From Prorocentrum cordatum (lineage: Eukaryota): a DNA stretch of 64,000 bases. Location of the stretch: contig CAUYUJ010000043.1 of assembly GCA_963575745.1 (NCBI GenBank), positions 1-64,000 on the forward strand. Direction: 5' to 3'. The first letter of the stretch is position 1, and each line of letters starts with the position of its first letter. This document shows positions 61,228 to 64,000 of this stretch, piece by piece. The position numbers were made by a program, and so were the translations under genes. Under the pieces are notes generated by a model. That model saw nothing but the letters and a program-made list of their open reading frames with translations, was not told the DNA's origin and did no database searches.

Positions 61228-62895
61228 ATCTTGTGGTGTTGGGTCCTCGTTTTGAAGAGACAGCGCCCCGCGTCCCCTCCTCCTTCATCCTTCCTCCCGC
61301 TGCCTCCTCCTCCTCCTCCTCCCTCCCTCCTCCATTTCGGCACACCCCTCACACGTTTCGTGGCCCCATAGGGAGCTCCGCCGAAGGTCCCAGTGGGTGT
61401 GCCCGCATGCGTCCCGCACACCAATTTCGGCACACCCCTCACACGTTTCGTGGCCCCACAGGGAGCCCCACCGAAGGTCCCAGTGGGTGTGCCCGCATGC
61501 GTCCCGCACACCCATTTCGGCACACCCCTCACACGTTTCGTGGCCCCATACGATGCTCCACCGAAGGTCCCAGTGGGTGTCCCCGCATGCGTCCCGCACG
61601 CCCATTTCGGCACACCACTCACACGTTTCGTGGCCCCATAGGGAGCTCCACCGAAGGTCCCAGTGGGCGTGCCCGCATTCGTCCCGCACACCCATTTCGG
61701 CACACCCCTCACACGTTTCGTGGCCCCATAGGGAGCTCCACCGAAGGTCCCAGTGGGCGTGCCCGCATTCGTCCCGCACACCCATTTCGGCACACCCCTC
61801 ACACGTTTCGTGGCATCATACAAGGGGGCTCCACCGAAGGTCCCAGTGGGTGTGCACGCGTGCGTCCCGCACACCCATTTCGGCACACCCTTCACACGCT
61901 TCGTGGCCCCATATGGAGCTCCACCGAAGGTCCCAGTGGGTGTACCCGCATGCGTCCCGCACACCCATTTCGGCACACCCCTCACACGTTTCGTGGCCCC
62001 ATACGGAGCTCCACGGAAGGTCCGGGTGGGTGTGCCCGCTTGCGTCCCGCACACCCATTTCGGCACACCCCTCACACGTTTCGTGGCCCCATCACCGAAG
62101 GTCCGAGTGGGCGTGCCCGCATTCGTCCCGCGCACCTATTTCGGCACACCCTTCACGCATTTCGTGGCCCCATAGGGAGCTCCACCGAAGGTCCCCCTGG
62201 CGCAGTCCGCATGCGTCTCCCCCACCCAGTACACCTCCGCCGGAGGCCGTCGGAGTTCCGCGCCTCGCTCGCCCGTCGTCGCTCTGCCCAGCGGCAAGAG
62301 CCTTGCCCGCTATCAGCCAGCCAGCTAGCTCTCTTTGCTGCGCGCAGCGGACGACCCGCGCGCGTCGCTGGGACCCCTCCGGGGTGACCTGCGCGCGTCG
62401 CTGGGACTCCGCGCTGCTCTGCGCCCGCAGCCTTGGACTTTTGAGTGCGCGGGCAAAGAGGGAGTAAAAGAAGGGGAGGAAGCGGGCGCGATCCTCGCGG
62501 TGGCGTCGCGGCGCGAGGGCGATGCTGTCGGGGAGTCCCGGGGAAACTCCTTGCGGCGGCCACGCCCAGCGTCACGAGTACTCAGAGGCAGTCATTCTCA
62601 AACTATTGACATTCATATACAAGTGCACCAAGCTTTGTCATACTCGCATTCGTGCGCGTAGACGCTCGCACGCAGATTCATTCACAGTCAGACGCACTCG
62701 CGCTCAGATTCGCCCGCGCTCAGTCTCCCTACGTACTCAGATCAATCGTTTTCGTTCGCGTTGTGTACCACGCCACTCATTTCGGCACACCCCTAGCACG
62801 GTTCGTTGCTTCATTGGGATCACCACCGAACAAGGGAATCACAATTGCGGTACTCACACCTGCATATGGTTGGGTCCTTCTTCCGGCTAATTTTT
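61228..62895 (+). repeat. 90-bp tandem satellite array with conserved flanks (copy 2 of a dispersed element)
   Basis: Unit CACACCCCTCACACGTTTCGTGGCCCCATAGGGAGCTCCACCGAAGGTCCCAGTGGGTGTGCCCGCATGCGTCCCGCACACCCATTTCGG at 61332-62230; flanks homologous to those at 7761 and 9410. Confidence 0.9.
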
Positions 62896-64000
62896 CTATC
62901 ACGTGTGTATATGCACGTTGAGGGTCGAAACAAGTGCCTCGTCAGCATGCAGTTCTCACTTGGGGCCTCCTTTTGTATACATCTGCAGACCAGAGGCTCG
63001 AAGATGCGTCGCAGCTGCACGAATGGAGGGCGGTTCCTCTTCAGCACTGGGCGCTCGCTTCAGAGACTTCCTGGGACAAGCAGGGGCCAGAGGTGTCATT
63101 TTTGTGTGCGGCGGTTGCGCAGACGGGGGCGGCCCTTTCTCGGCACGGGGATCTCGCTCGACACCTCGCCGGGCTGAGGAATCATTTTCTTGGCGTTTTC
63201 CGGATTTTGTCCGTTCGATGTGTGCAGCGCAGTTCTTCTTCAGCACGGGTCTCTCCACTGGATGTCGTGCCCTCTGGGGGCTGGCCGTTCCAGGGGGCGC
63301 CTCTTGTAGAGCGAAGGAAGGCTTGCTTGTAGGGCCTCGTGGAGAGGGGGCTCGGGCTTGGGGCTCGGGGGCGGGAGGGTGCATTTTAGCGCCGTTGACG
63401 CATCCTGGGTTTGCTCTGGTTCTCCCTCTCCGCCTTCCCCCTCCGCCTTTCCCTCCTCCTTATCTTACTACTCCTCGGCCCCCCCTCGCCCCTCCTGCTC
63501 TCCCTCCCCCCTCCGCAATTTACAGCTCATGAATGCTACTCTCCTCTCTCCCCTGGCTCCGTCCGGGAGACAGCCAGTTCTCTCCGCGTAGTCATCTTTG
63601 CACAGGATTGCAAAACGCGATTTTCGGATGTTTTTGGACTGCCCGATTGTTTTCGGTATCTGGAAACGGTGCTCCCCTGCAGCACGGGCCTCATTTTCGG
63701 ATCGGCGCTTTGCTCCCATCGTCCAGACTGGCGTTCTCGCCGCAGCGTGGGCCACTTTTCTGGACCGGAGTCCTTTTTCCCCTCCTTCGCCTTCCAACTC
63801 CTCGCCTTCGCCTTCCCCTGGTCCTCCTGCATCTTCCGCTCCTTCAGCTCCATTTCCTGCTGCTGTTCGTGTTCGTCGTCCTCCTTCCACATGCTGCTTT
63901 TCCTCCTGCTCATCCGCCACCTCCTCCTGTCTTCTCACCTCCCCCTTTTCGATGGCGCATAGCACGATGAGGTTTTCGTGTTGGCGTTCCCGGATGGCTA

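Overview
Repeat-dense, GC-rich eukaryotic DNA. A perfect dinoflagellate spliced leader (DinoSL, TCCGTAGCCATTTTGGCTCAAG) at 38277-38298 indicates a dinoflagellate nuclear genome. Most ORFs in the track are artefacts of trinucleotide microsatellites and minisatellites. There are three well-supported coding elements. (1) A full-length ~6.0 kb non-LTR retrotransposon (38277-44292, +) that starts exactly with a DinoSL plus a tandem relic SL. It carries ORF1, an unexpected 142-aa middle ORF and a frameshifted APE-RT-zinc-finger ORF2, and is bounded by an apparent target-site duplication CG(CTC)nCTTG. (2) A 5'-truncated but uninterrupted APE-RT-ZnF-RNase H LINE on the minus strand (47981-52970), also embedded in (CCT)n. 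(3) An intronless, frameshifted PhyH-family 2OG-Fe(II) dioxygenase retro-pseudogene with SL relics (19932-21553), whose 5' end was caught in a tandem segmental duplication. The rest comprises satellites (77/90-bp, 100-bp, 43/129-bp higher-order), a MITE-like inverted-repeat element, dispersed repeats, an irregular repeat-spacer array (35331-36060) and a 100-N gap. The most interesting candidate system is a LINE that appears to renew its 5' end by SL trans-splicing and sits behind a pyrimidine microsatellite.
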